Assembly: GCF_006345805.1 (NCBI RefSeq)
Contig: NC_043008.1
Coordinates: 22,320,001 to 22,384,000, forward strand
From: Octopus sinensis
Lineage: Eukaryota
Direction: 5' to 3'
DNA: 64,000 nt
Below, piece by piece: positions 26,988 to 40,379 of the stretch (the stretch's first letter is position 1; the number at the start of each line of letters is the position of its first letter). The position numbers and the translations under genes were made by a program. Under the pieces are notes generated by a model. That model had not been told where the DNA came from and did no database searches. It saw only the letters and a program-made list of their open reading frames with translations.

Positions 26988-28569
26988 AAAAATAACCTCT
27001 ATTAAGTAATTCAACTGATAGTGAAAGATATTATATATATAAAATCATGTAAGAAAAATTTTTAATATATTATAGTAAATATTATTTTTAAAAATCACTA
27101 AATTAGATAAATATTAAATTGACTACATGCATTTTGTGACTACATCTTTAAATCGGTAATAATAAAATCGATACTATTAAAATCAATTCGATTTAAAAAT
27201 ATAGCCACTCTTCAGGTCTAAAATAATCAAATAAATGTAACTCTTACTCTCTTTACTCTTTTACTTGTTTCAGTCATTTGACTGCGGCCATGCTGGAGCA
27301 CCACCTTTTAGTACTTATTCTATCGGTCTCTTTTTGCCGAACCGCTAAGTGACACACCGGCATCGGTTGTCAAGCAATGCTAGGGGGACAAACACAGACA
27401 CACAAACACACACACATATACATATATATACATATATACGACAGGCTTCTTTCAGTTTCCGTCTACCAAATCCACTCACAAGGCATTGGTCGGCCCGGGG
27501 CTATAGCAGAAGATACTTGCCCAAGATGCCACGCAGTGGGACTGAACCCGCAACCGTGTGGTTGGTTAGCAAGCTACTTACCACACAGCCACTCCTGCAT
27601 ATTAACATATAATAATTAACAAATAAATATAAAAATATACTATTGTAACAATAAATAATCAAATAAATTATAACAATATTAATGAAAAATAAAATTATAA
27701 CTTATCTTATTGAAGAATACCAGTTGACTGAAATTTTAAACATTAAACTCAGAACCTAGCATTGCTAAGAAATTTATCACGTGAAAAAAATGGTGTAAAT
27801 AATAACTAAAGAATAAATAAGTAGAAATATGTATTTTAGCCGTGAAAATAACAAATAAACTAGATGTAATATATAATTTACTGGAAAAATTCTAAATTCT
27901 CAATAATTTAAAACTAAAATATGTAAAATACATAAAATAAACTAAATTTCGATAAATTAATCTATATTCATCAATTTATTTATTTATTTATTTTATAAAC
28001 ACCTTGGTTTAATCTTATTCTAGTTATGTACATACACTACATAATCTATGGCTAATTTATACTCATACTACTGCAAATTATAAATACATAAATTAGTAAC
28101 ATAAATCAGGGTTTATATATATACACAAATTAGCTAAACTTATATATATATATATATATATATTTAACCTATGTCTACATTTAATTTTTCTCATTTTGGG
28201 AATTAATTAATTTCTTATTATTAGATAGTAATATCTCCATAAATTCATTTGTACATTGTAAACAAAAATGATTACCTATTCGATAAGATTTAGATTTACA
28301 AACTATATCCCACTTAATTCCTTTAGATTTCAATTCCCATATATATTTGCTAAGGCTTGTAGAATTAATCAATGTTTTATTTTTAAATGAATACATGTGT
28401 TGAGCAACCCTTAATTTAATTTTATCTTTCACTATTAATTGAATTACTTAATAGAGGCTATTTCTCTTAATTATATACATATATTATATATTGTGAAATT
28501 TGATTTAGAATTGCTGAATTGAATTTTCCCTGTAAGTTTGGAATTTTATATTCCCTACTATTATTAATG

Positions 28570-28570
<1 letters not shown>
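26985..28570 (-). mobile_element. Penelope-like element remnant (C-terminal GIY-YIG endonuclease, AT-rich 3' region with hammerhead, inverted terminal piece), interrupted by a SINE
   Basis: 28165-28420 (-) encodes KLRVAQHMYSF..NSTSLSKYIWELK..IKWDI..Y....CLQC..E..I....LIN..E and, after a frameshift, KCRH, matching the PLE GIY-YIG C-terminus; 26985-27032 is inverted at 28421-28467; flanked by (TA)n. Confidence 0.75.
27121..27218 (-). ncRNA. Hammerhead motif with long stem II and a GAAA->AAAA mutation, downstream of a PLE endonuclease remnant
   Basis: Minus strand: gac-CTGAAGA-gtggctata tttttaaatcg...cgatttaaag a tgtagtcac-AAAA-tgcatg-TA-gtc. Confidence 0.6.
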
Positions 28571-28649
<79 letters not shown>

Positions 28650-28656
<7 letters not shown>

Positions 28657-29157
28657 CAATAAGAGGCTTCCAAATAGGAAAGCGTTGTGCTAGAAAGAGC
28701 AGTAGAAATCTCAAAAACCACAAAAAAGGATAAATTCTCGAAAGGAATGAAAATTAAAAACATTTACCATCTCAACTATTTCCCAGACCATGGTTTCTAA
28801 CTATTTCCAGCAAAAAAATATTCGCTGAAGGCCAGTTTTCATCAGTGGGATAGCCCTTAGATTTCAGACATACAGACAGCCAGATCCACATGTAGATCTA
28901 ACTGTTTGTAAATCCTAACTTTTCAAACCACTGCGCAGACACAGATCATACCCGGCGACAGAGAGGATGCCAGTAAAAATTTCGAATAAATTTATCAAAC
29001 AATATTTAAACATAATACATAGGGTAATAATAAATTATTATACCAGTTTTTAATTTTCATTCCTTTCGAGAATTTATCCTTTTTTGTGGTTTTTGAGATT
29101 TCTACTGCTCTTTCTAGCACAACGCTTTCCTATTTGGAAGCCTCTTATTGTATTTCT
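28650..29157. repeat. Perfect 112-bp inverted repeat (28650-28761 / 29046-29157) enclosing a hammerhead; likely non-autonomous PLE derivative
   Basis: The arms are exact reverse complements by eye; the left arm abuts (GA)n; an ~80-nt tail and (TA)n follow the right arm. Confidence 0.85.
28781..28850 (-). ncRNA. Type I hammerhead ribozyme motif inside an inverted-repeat cassette
   Basis: Minus strand: tccca-CTGATGA-aaact..ttcagcgaa..ttttgctgga..agtta-GAA-ACCATGGT-C-tggga; 5-bp stem I, palindromic stem III, GUC triplet; the first pair of stem II is an A-A mismatch. Confidence 0.75.
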
Positions 29158-29328
29158 ATATGAATAATATATAGTCTAATGACTGATTCGTTTTTTGTGC
29201 TAGGCCACTAGTAATAATAATTTATTATTACCCTATGTTTATATATATATATATTTATACATATATATATTTATACATATATGACTCTTTGATTTTGGGG
29301 GGAAGTAAACAATTTCCTGTATCAAAAG

Positions 29329-31992
29329 TCGATGAACAATTTCATATAAGTAGGAAAAATAACCTTTATTTTAAGATTTTTAATAAAAAATGTTACCCCC
29401 ACCTGAAGAAATCTAACACCACTTTTGACCTGGATCATGCAAAATTCTAGGGGTGGTACATAATGCCAACTCAAGTTTTTAACAAACTTGGTGTGCTGAC
29501 TTAATGCAATGCTGAAGCAGTATATCTCAAATTTCAGCTTTCAAGTTTAAGTAATTTAAGAGTTATAGGGTTTTAATTTGTTACCACTAAGGCCCTACTT
29601 TAGGAAATATCCTCTTCCTCTCCTTTTTATTTCTGTGATGCTAAAAACTCTGACTATATTAACTGTTTTTCAGAATAATAGGCTTATCCAACTAGAGTAT
29701 CTAAAATAATGTCTCATAAGAGAAGTGCTTATGTCACTCAAAGAAACAACAAATCTAGACGAAGAATCTCGTGCAATTTCAAGTCTTACATAGGAAAAGA
29801 AGACCTGTTCCTCTAGAAGAGCATTCTATGGAAAACAACTGCAGGATACCAATGAAACTTCAAATTGTTGGTCACTACCTGTTCCTTGGAGGTACTACCA
29901 AAGGAAAGAAAGAAAGAACAAAGGAAATTTCGAAAGAAGTAACATTTTTATGGCTAAAGAAATTAAACTTATTATATTTATCAATTCAAAATGTACAAAC
30001 AAAAGTAGAAAATGTGCTGAATACCTACGATGATTGTGTAAAACAAGAAAAATACGATTCATTAAAAGGAAGTTTTGACATCACAGAGGAAAATGGTGAA
30101 TGGCTATACAGTGAGGATAGAAGGTTATATTATCTTCAAATTAAAAGCAAGGGACAGGTTGGGTATGCAACAGGAAAGGCAGCCAGTTCTAAAACTATCC
30201 ATCCATCCAAAAGAAGAAAAGTGTCCTTAATGCCAACTTCAACCAGAGCAACTTCAGTGTCATCGTCAACATCTGATGCAGAGACTGAAAGTGAATATCA
30301 AGAGTCTGAAAAATCAGGTGAAGAATCCACACAAACAAGGAGGAAGTATAGCAAAACTGGAACTGCAACCAAGTTAGTAATACCTTCCAAGTTATAGAGT
30401 TTGTCAACAGTTTGTCAACAATTATCTCAAGATGAAATCAATGTCAAAACTCCTTCCCAATCTGGTATTTACAGATCGACTATCAAAGAAGTTGTTAAAC
30501 TAAAAAAGAAAATGTAAAAATACAACATTTAGAAGATTGGTTATTGTATTTTGATGGTAAGTGTATTGATGACCAAGAACACAAAGTGCTAGTTTTAAAG
30601 AATGAACAGAGAGAAGTTAAGTTAAAAGCATTCCAATTACCAAACAGAAAAGCCGATACTGTTGTGAAAAGAATAACAACTGTTATGGAACTGTGTAAAG
30701 ATGATTGTCACTGATGTGAGTGTGAACACTGAGAGAAGAAATTGCATTATCATTCAATTGCAAAGACTGTTTGCTCAAAAGGGTTTGAAAGAACTGCAAT
30801 TTATTGGTTGTCAGCATCACATCCTTGATAGAATTCTTCATGTCGTAATGGATAACAAACTTGGAGAGGAAAAATCATCTCCCAATATTGAATATACATT
30901 CATCCCAGAGCTTCTAAGTAATTACGAGAAACTCCAGGCTAATTGCAACAATGGTGAAGAAAAGATTACCAAATCAGCAGGATGGCGAGATGATGTGAAA
31001 TTTCTATTTCATTTGACCAGAGTTTTCTGTTTTTTTTAAGAAACCAGAAAACTGTAAAGTTTCCCAAAATATCCAACTTAAGTAATGCAAGATCGAATTC
31101 TTGAGCAATACTAGCTCTTTTGGCATTTATTCTTCTATCAGAGAAAAGAATTTTGCTTCTCAATGTTTGTCGATGCATCTCTTACAGCTGGGAAGATTTT
31201 TGGTTTACTGACCAAATGTTCAATGCACATGATTATGAGAAGTTATGTGGTAACTTGCAAGTTTATAAAAAAGCATTGAACTCTACAAAAAAACTTTTGG
31301 AGTCAAGAACCATCAAAACTGAAAATTCTCAGAAGAAATCAGTGCAGAACAGGCAATCAAGTAGCTTCAAGATCTTTATGATATTTGTAAAAAGAGGAAC
31401 TTCAGCTTCAATTTATTTTATCTAACAAAACATATTAATTCTTTGTTGTTTAAAAATTTTATAACATTCAGCACCCTTTTTCTTATAGTTTTTTTAAAAA
31501 TTGGAATTAAACTATAAAGTTAAAAATATGTATTGTTTTTAATTTTGTATGTTATTTGAATGCTTGTAGTGACCTCTGTCTTAAAATAACCTAGTTTTGG
31601 AACTTTGCATAGAGCAATTTCAATTCAGTAATCTTAAAAATGTATAAATACACTTTTATTCCACATTTCTCTTGTGTTTACAAGGATTTAGGCAGCAGAA
31701 ATACTGAAGTGTGAATCTAGTGCCACCTAGTGATTATAGTTTTAAAAGCCCATAACTCCAAAACTACTTCAACTAGAAAGCTGAAATTTTAGATATACTA
31801 TTTCTGAATTTCATTGAGTCAGCACACCAAGTCTGGTAAAAACTTGAGCAGGCGTTATGAACCCCACCCCTAGAATTTTGCATGATTTGGGTCAAAATTA
31901 GTGATTGATTTCTGAAGTTGGGAGTGACTTTTTTTTTTCAAGTAAAGCAAAATAAGTGTTAGTTTCCTGACTTTTATGAAATTATTCATCGA
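29329..31992 (+). mobile_element. Decayed DNA transposon with ~260-bp TIRs and a broken hAT-superfamily (hATm-like) transposase
   Basis: 29329-29590 is the diverged reverse complement of 31727-31992; ORF pieces 29709-31430 contain YFDGK, MIVTD..VNT and FIGCQHHILDRIL (CxxH-type DDE motifs); several stops and frameshifts. Confidence 0.75.
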
Positions 31993-31994
31993 AT

Positions 31995-33272
31995 TACAGC
32001 TTATTAAAAAATGCTATGAGGATAAAAATAAACCTTCTTTCCTATAATGTTATTCAATAAAGCCACCTTCAGCTTCAACAACTGCTTTTATATGAGATCT
32101 AAATCATGCTCAAATCAAGTGATCCTGGTTCATTTTGGACATTACTCTGACTATGGCAGCTTTGAAAACATCTTTGGTGCTATGGGTTTGTTCATTGACC
32201 TCTCTCTCAACAACCCTCTACATGTAATAGTCCAATGGATTGAGATCTGGGCAATTAGGGGACCAAATGTGAGGGGTTATGTGATCATGAAAATTTTCAG
32301 CCATCCATTCTTGTGTTACTAGAGCCATGTGTGATAGTACAGAGTCTTACTGAAACACATATGGCCTTCCATTGCATACACTGTCTATCCAGAGCTTAAC
32401 AATTATTTCCAGGACCTTAATGTAGGTGGCAGAGTTAACTCTGAGGCCTTGTAGAAAGAAATAAGGAGGCATTACATGTGTTTCATTGCTGATAACCCCA
32501 AAAACTATGACAGTTGCAGGAAATTTTGTATGCATAACACTTGGAACTTCAGAAGGGTCTGCACATAATCATCTGTCATTTCTTCTGTTAACTTTTTGAT
32601 CTTGGTTGAGTTTTTCTTATTTGAGAAGACACAAATCAAATCTTCTTTTACTGGAATTTTCAGTTTGTTTTAGGGTTTTTAGATCTGATGTAATGATTTT
32701 CTTTTGCTTTTTTGGACAAATTGACCTTTCCTCATCACATAAGAATTACATCTGATGTCTTCATGAACAACATTTCTGACTGTTCCTTTTGACACATGAA
32801 GATCTTTTGCAGTTGACCTCACAGACTTTCTGGGATTGTAATCAATGGTCTGTTGAACGTGCTGGATAAATTCAGGTTTTCTAATGATTTCAGAGTATTT
32901 TCAATGCTTTTTATGCTTTGATACTGGTGATGCATTTCCATCTTCAGTCTCTAGCTCCTTACAAACTTTGTAGACGAAAGATCTGGCAGCTTATAAAACT
33001 TGAGATATTTCTAAATCACTATGCTCAGCCTTTATAACCACAATAACAGCATTCCTCTTCATTTCTTGAGTAAGCTGAGGGTCTGCCATTATTATTTTCT
33101 GAAACAAAGATTATACAGAGTGAGCAAAAAATGCAGCAATGACCAAAATAAGGTGTGTCCTCAAATACATTACACACCATGTATATATGGTTGGTGAGAC
33201 AAATGGCATCCATCTGATGAAATTAAACCTAAAATTAAATGTCAAGAAAGCTGAGACTTTGTAACCTATCTA
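31995..33272 (-). mobile_element. Tc1/mariner-superfamily transposase pseudogene (maT/DD37D-like)
   Basis: ATG at 33089 (MADPQLTQEMKRNAVIV..); DQKVNRRNDR, HTKFPATVIVFGVISNE, RPYVFQ*D and WSPNCPDLNPLDYY motifs; many disablements. Confidence 0.8.
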
Positions 33273-33411
33273 GAAAAGAAGTAACTAAATGAGATCTGAT
33301 TCAATGCATTGCAGCTTGCTCAACCCATGCTAGCTTTGAAAGGGAAAACAATGTCCAGGCATCTACTTTGCTAGAAATAAGAGTTAACATACACATATGC
33401 TGACAGGGGAG

Positions 33412-33648
33412 GCCTTGACTGTCATCAACCTGGCTGATGACAGTCAAGGCTGATCTGGAATCCAGCCTAGGCCCCCATGTCTACAGTGTTTGCCGCTGGA
33501 ATAGGGAGTGGTTGGAGATCACAGGGTTGTTAGCCACAAATCGCCAGGCCTGGTCAGCGTTTGTGAGAGATGCAGCATTGAGGATGAATGAAGCCAGCTC
33601 AACCCATCCCAGGTGAATGCTGTCTCAAGACAAGACAAGACAAGACAG
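33412..33648 (+). mobile_element. 5'-truncated RTE-type LINE end with (CAAGA)n tail
   Basis: WLMTVKADLE..GPHVYSVCRWNREWLEI...NRQAWSAFVRDA followed by caagacaagacaagacaagac. Confidence 0.65.
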
Positions 33649-35018
33649 GGGAGGCAACCGCCACATGACCAGCTCGGTATATGACTTACCACATTCTTTT
33701 CCACTGAATGCCCCAATTTACTTGAGTGCCTCTTTGTATCAGCTATCAATGGCCCCAACTGCCTTTTTTTTTCAGGCACTATACTCACCTGTACATGCTT
33801 CTGACCTCAGTCTCTGTTACTGCACATCTTCTCTCTCTCAACTTAACTTATCATCATCTCCCTATTTCTTATTTATCTCTCATTATTAAAAAGGCGGCAA
33901 GCTGGCAGAGTCGTTAGCACGCCAGGTGAAATACTTAGCAGTTTTCATCCACCATTACATTCTGAATTCAAATTCCACCAAGGTCAACTTTGCCCTTCAT
34001 CCTTTCGGGATGGATTAAATAATTACCAGTTACACATTGGGTTGATGTAATCGACTTAATCCCTTTTTGCCTGTCCTTGTTTGTCCCCTCTATGTTTAGC
34101 CCCCTGTGAGCAATAAAGAATTAAATTATTAAAAAAGATTTCTATGCCAATATGCTGAGAATAGACTTTAAATTGTCAATCACCACATACAATATACATT
34201 CACTATGAATTTATATATATATATATATATTCCGTGTCGGTGGCATGTAAAAAGCACCATCCGAATCATGGCCGAAGCCAGTGCCGCCTTGACTGGCTTC
34301 CATGCCGGTGGCACATAAAATGCACCAATCCAACCGTGGCCGATGCCAGCCTCGCCTGGCACCAGTGCAGGTGGCACGTAAAAAGCACCCACTACACTCA
34401 CGGAGTGGTTGGCGTTAGGAAGGGCATCCAGCTGTAGAAACATTTCCAGATAAGACCAGAGCCTGGTGCAGCCTTCTGGCTTCCCAGATCCCTGGTCGAA
34501 CCGTCCAACCCATGCTAGCATGGAGAACGGACGTTAAACGATGATGATGATGATGATGATAATATATGTATATATATATATATTCAATTAGAGGTTATGT
34601 TAACCTCATGAAGGGATGGTTCCATCCAAGGAGATACTGGTTCAATACCTAGTATTTTGGGCAAATTAATCTCCTTAAAATAATAGGTGTATATAAAAAC
34701 ATATAGTTTATATTCATATATAAGAGGAAAAAAAAAATGGAGATTGGGAAGTTAATAATTATTTATTATTAACAGCAAATTAATCACCTTCACTTACAAC
34801 TGTTTCAATTAATACTCAGAGATGCACATATCATCAGCTTGTAATGGAGATGGTCAACTGGTTAAGGTCAAACAACTGACAAACAAATCTGTGGTATTGA
34901 GCAGAATATTTGCTGTAGCCCATCTTTTATACCAAGACAAAACAATGTACATGAAAACACTTCCAATCAGTGAAGATCAGAAGCCACAGGAGCCACTGCC
35001 TGGTACTGCATCAGGGCA

Positions 35019-35059
<41 letters not shown>

Positions 35060-35091
35060 TATTATTATTATTATCATTATTATTATTATTA

Positions 35092-35162
<71 letters not shown>

Positions 35163-35319
35163 TAAAGCAGTTTGATTTGATTCCATGTGAGTCAGAGTTT
35201 CACAAGTTTGTTACAGAAATCCAGTTCATTCAGGCTCAGCTTACCAATTCAGTAATCATACTAAATCCTATAAAACGTGTGGGGTGCCTTTTCCTTTTGT
35301 TTCTCATACATATATACAT

Positions 35320-35365
<46 letters not shown>

Positions 35366-35429
35366 TATATATATATTTATACATATATATATACATATAT
35401 ATATATATATATTATATATATATATATAC

Positions 35430-35490
<61 letters not shown>

Positions 35491-35789
35491 ATATATATAT
35501 ATAAATGTATGTATATATATATATATGTATGTATGTACGTATATATGTGAGAGCGCATGTGTATGTATACATATTATATATACACACACAGAGATATATG
35601 TGTGTGTGTGTGTGAGAGAGAGAGAGGAAAAGAGAGAAAGAGCATATACATCTAAACACACATACACACACACAGACACACACACACACACATTCTGAAA
35701 AAGAAGTAGACATTCCATGATGGCAGATTTTGTTCCATGATGGAAGATGCATAGAAGAAGTAGTTGGCAATAATAGCAATTGTGAAAGA

Positions 35790-36200
35790 AAATCTTTCAA
35801 ATGCTTGGAAGGCTCCCTGGAAGTTGCTGATCGCTTCTGTTACCAAGGTGATCTAATCAACAGTGGAGGTGAACACTCCGAAAACATAGCTGTCACAGAA
35901 AGAACGTGATGGAGGAGTTCAGAGAGGTATGTCTTCTGCTGGCAACAATGGGGGGTTTTTTTCTGTTTTGCATTTGTTTGTTTTCTAGTGAAGAATGGAT
36001 TGCTTGATATTTGTGTAGCAAGATGTGAGCAATGAATGCAGAGATTGGGTGAAAGCAGTAAACATAGCTGATGTAAGGGACGAGAGGGGATCTGCTCTGG
36101 ACAAGGATTTTATGAGGGTGACAATTTCAAATCTACTGTATAAGACTGTATAGGGAGAAGAGGTGGCACATTGGGGGCCGTCCGGGGTGACTCCCAATTC
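35790..36200 (+). mobile_element. Degenerate RTE LINE fragment
   Basis: [25 protein letters not shown] motif. Confidence 0.6.
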
Positions 36201-36245
36201 AGCTTTGCCATGGGGTGAAAGCTGAAAAATGTGGCATATATATAT

Positions 36246-36648
36246 CTCTTTTACTCTTTTACTTGTTTCAGTCATTTGACTGCGGCCATGCTGGAGCACT
36301 GCCTTTAGTCGAGCAAATCGACCCCGGGACTTATTCTTTGTAAGCCCAGTACTTATTCTATCGGTCTGTTTTGCCGAACCGCTAAGTGACGGGGACATAA
36401 ACACACCAGCATCAGCTGTCAAGCAATGCTAGGGGGACAAACACAGACACACAAACACATACATATATATACATATACATATATACGACAGGCTTCTTTC
36501 AGTTTCCGTCTACCAAATCCACTCACAAGGCATTGGTCGGCCCGGGGCTATAGCAGAAGATACTTGCCCAAGATGCCACGCAGTGGGACTGAACCCGGAA
36601 CCATGTGGTTGGTTAGCAAGCTACTTACCACACAGCCACTCCTGCACC
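36246..36648 (-). mobile_element. SINE family B; other copies at 1-100(+), 18565-18726(-), 19775-20065(+), 25786-26188(-), 27243-27598(-), 38757-39438(-), 47118-47570(-), 49899-50311(-), 60175-60590(+)
   Basis: Near-identical to 16703-17118; source of the recurrent MLGGQTQTH..RQASFSFRLPNPL ORF artefacts. Confidence 0.85.
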
Positions 36649-36650
36649 TA

Positions 36651-36689
<39 letters not shown>

Positions 36690-37104
36690 CAAAATGAGGG
36701 CGAAAAAACTGTATATTAATTTAATAATATCAGTTTAACACCAATGGTTTAGCACATAAAAAACTGAGATTCAGTTTACTTACACGATTAATTGCAGATC
36801 GTCAGTAGAGTCTGTCAAGAATATAATTTGTCGAACTGCATGCCATATATTAACATAAGGCCAAAAATGCGAGCAGTACGGCCTATTACATTCATAGTTA
36901 TGTTCAAATGACGATCTGTAAATTAATTGTGTAAGTAACATTGCATAATTTATTAACAGTGAAACAATTGTATGGGGTTAATCTATATTTTTGTTATTTT
37001 TCATTTGTCCTGCCCGCTTACGTTCATGGTGTGCTAAGTTTTTTCTTGAGAACAACATTTAGTGGCTAGCGTAAGGGAGTTCACTTTTAGTGGATTCCCT
37101 CTCA

Positions 37105-37136
<32 letters not shown>

Positions 37137-37278
37137 GTGAAGGCCTGTAGCCTAGTTATTAGGGTGCCACACTCACCATTTCAAGATCATGGTTTTCATT
37201 CAAACCAGGTGGTGCATTGTGTTCCCAAGCAAAACACTTCGTTTCATACATGTGTACATACATACATACATACATACA

Positions 37279-37310
<32 letters not shown>

Positions 37311-37755
37311 GAGAACAGAAACTGCACAGTTGTGGAAATTAACTGCCCAGTGGATGTTAACGTAAAGCTGAAGATAGGTGAAAAAGAGAACACCTATGCT
37401 GAACTATTGATAAATCTGTAGTTATTCTATCCAGATTACACGTTCAGGTTTATATCTGTAATTATTGGGACCCCGGGCTATGTAACACACTGCCTAAATA
37501 CCAATCTTGAGATATTAGGCTTCTCAAAACCAGAAAAGAGAAAGCTAATTCAAAAACTACAGATCCAATCCATCACTGTAACTGTAAAAATCTGTAAAAC
37601 TTTCCAAAAGTTTATAATTTAAATTTATATAAGCATGTCTAGATATGTAACTATATGCATGAGAATACATACATAAAACATACAAATCTGCAATCCATCC
37701 ACCCATCCATCCATCCATCCATACATACATACATACATATATATACATACGTACA

Positions 37756-37789
<34 letters not shown>

Positions 37790-37982
37790 CATATGTACAT
37801 ACGTACATATATACATACATGCATACATACATACATACATACATACATACATACATACATACATACAAATAAAAATACCCTGTTGTTGAAGTTGAAATTC
37901 CATTGAAGGAACATTAGATCTAGGTTAGAAACCGGTACTTTCTCTGTTGGCAAGAAATCTTGAAATGAACTGAATAATAACA
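37311..37982 (+). mobile_element. R4/Dong-like non-LTR retrotransposon 3' fragment (restriction-like endonuclease) embedded in (ATAC)n
   Basis: CTVVEINCPVDVNVKLKIGEKENTYAELL..L*LFYPDY.F.FISVIIGTPG...LQIQSI..TVKICKTF, the RLE C-terminal pattern; (ATAC)n on both sides. Confidence 0.7.
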
Positions 37983-38981
37983 TACATACATACAAAACCC
38001 TTTAAGCATTAATAAAAGACAATAATCATTTGAGAAATGAATGCATAAACTAAAGTCTATGCAACAATAATACAAATGAGATTTAAATATCAAAAATAAA
38101 TAGATTATTAAAAATAAAGATTGTTTGAAAAGTAAAATTTCATTTCCAACATCATTCTCCCACAGAGAAATAGATGATAATAGACATTAAAAGAAAACGT
38201 TAAAGTTGTTTTTTCTTGATAAACGACATAATAATCTATAAAACTAAAAGACGGCTTAATTAGAATTAAATTTACGTAAAATGAAAAATAACAGATGGGT
38301 AAATTAATAACTCAGAAACTCGGAAAATTTCTCGGCACTCTTTGGCAAGGTTTTAGACCGAAGTAGAGTGATGGGAGGATAAGGGAGAGAAGGGGGAATG
38401 GGAGGGGAGGTGAATGGGGTAGAGGAAGAGGGATAGCTGTGGAAGGGGGAGAGGAAGGGGAAAGAAGAGGGTAAGAGGGAAGCAAGGATGACAAGAATGA
38501 GGGAATGGGGTATATGAGGGAGAGGAGGAAGTTGGAGGAGGAAGAGGGAGGAGGAGGAGGAGGAGGAGGAGGAGTAGGACAGAGTAAGGAGGAAGAGGGC
38601 AGAAAGAGGAGGAGGACAGAGAGAGGGAGAGGACAGAGGGAAGAGGAAAGAGGTAAAATGTTTCCATGATGAGAACATGTTGCTCAGTTATAAACTGCTC
38701 CATGACACACTGCACACTATTCTGGACAACAAACAAAAAAAAATATATATATATATACTCTTTTACTCTTTTACTTGTTTCAGTCATTTGACTGCGGCCA
38801 TGCTGGAGCACCGCCTTTAGTCGAGCAAATCGACCCCGGGACTTATTCTTTGTAAGCCCAGTACTTATTCTATCAGTCTCTTTTGCTGAACCGCTAAGTG
38901 ACGGGGACGTAAACACACCAGCATCGGTTGTCAAGCAATGCTAGGGGGACAAACACAGACACACAAACATATACACACACA

Positions 38982-39025
<44 letters not shown>

Positions 39026-40327
39026 TACGACAGGCTTCTTTCAGTTTCCGTCTACCAAATCCACTCACAAGGCATTGGTCGGCCCGGGGCTATAGCAGAA
39101 GACACTTGCCCAAGATGCCACGCAGTGGGACTGAACCCGGAACCATGTGGTTGGTTATATATATTCTTTTATTCTTTTACTTGTTTCAGTCATTTGACTG
39201 CTGCCATGCTGGATCACTGCCTTTAGTCAAACAAATCGACCCCAGGACTTATTTTTTGTAAGTGTAGTACTTATTCAATCAGTCTCATTGGCCAAACCAC
39301 TACCAAATCCTTTCACAAGGTTTTGGCTGGCCTGAGGCTATAGTAGAAGACACTTGCCCAAGGTGCTACACAGTGAGACTGAACCTGGAACCATGTGGTT
39401 GAGAAGCAAGCTTCTTACCACATAGCCACTCCTATGCCTATATGTCATCATCATCATCATCATCATCGTCGTTTAACGTCCGCTTTCCATGCTAGCATGG
39501 GTTGGACTATTTGACTGAGGACTGGCAAACCAGATGGCTGCACCAAGCTCCAGTCCTGATCTGGCAGAGTTTCTACCACTGAATGCCCTTCCTAATGCCA
39601 ACCACTCTGAGAGTGTAGTGGGTGCTTTTACGTGCCACTGGCATGGTGCCACAGTCAGGCATTACTGGCAACCAGTCAGGTGGTACTGTATATATATATT
39701 TATATCATATATTAATAGCGGTCACAAAAGTGATAGAGGGTACTGACTACCATTTTGGAAATCAGCACATGTTTTCAATGGATTTTCTTATGAGACTGAC
39801 AGAGGTAGTTCAGTTTAAAACACTAGGCATTAAGAGCCACTAATTAGGATTAAGATGATCTACATCAAAATCCGAAATCACAATCCGGCTATGTACAATG
39901 GGGACTTACTTCCCTTTGTCAGTCACTTAAGATAGTTCGTTTGTGGCTTTGAGTTAGTTTAACTCTTATCTTTAGCAAAAGTGTGACCTCTATTAATTTT
40001 GCTTTTAGGTTCTAATTGCTAATAAGCCACCCTTTTTAATTTGTTATTTATATTATGTATATGTGTGTATGTGTGCACCTGTGTCTGTCCCACACCATTG
40101 CTTAACAACCGGTGTTAGTGTGTTTATATCTCCATAACTTAGCATATATATATGGATAAGGAATAAATAAAATATACACCTACACAAATATCTATGTATG
40201 TATATACACATGTATATGTATTCATGCACATTCGTGCAACAAATGTGTTTAAATGCACGCATGCACACACACACACACACACACACATACACACTCACAC
40301 ACACACACACACACACATACACACACA

Positions 40328-40379
<52 letters not shown>

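Noticed and set aside
37895-37945. Hammerhead-like ttgaagg...gaaaccggta in the R4/Dong-like 3' UTR
   Set aside because: The core deviates from CUGANGA at two positions and no stem I pairing is visible.
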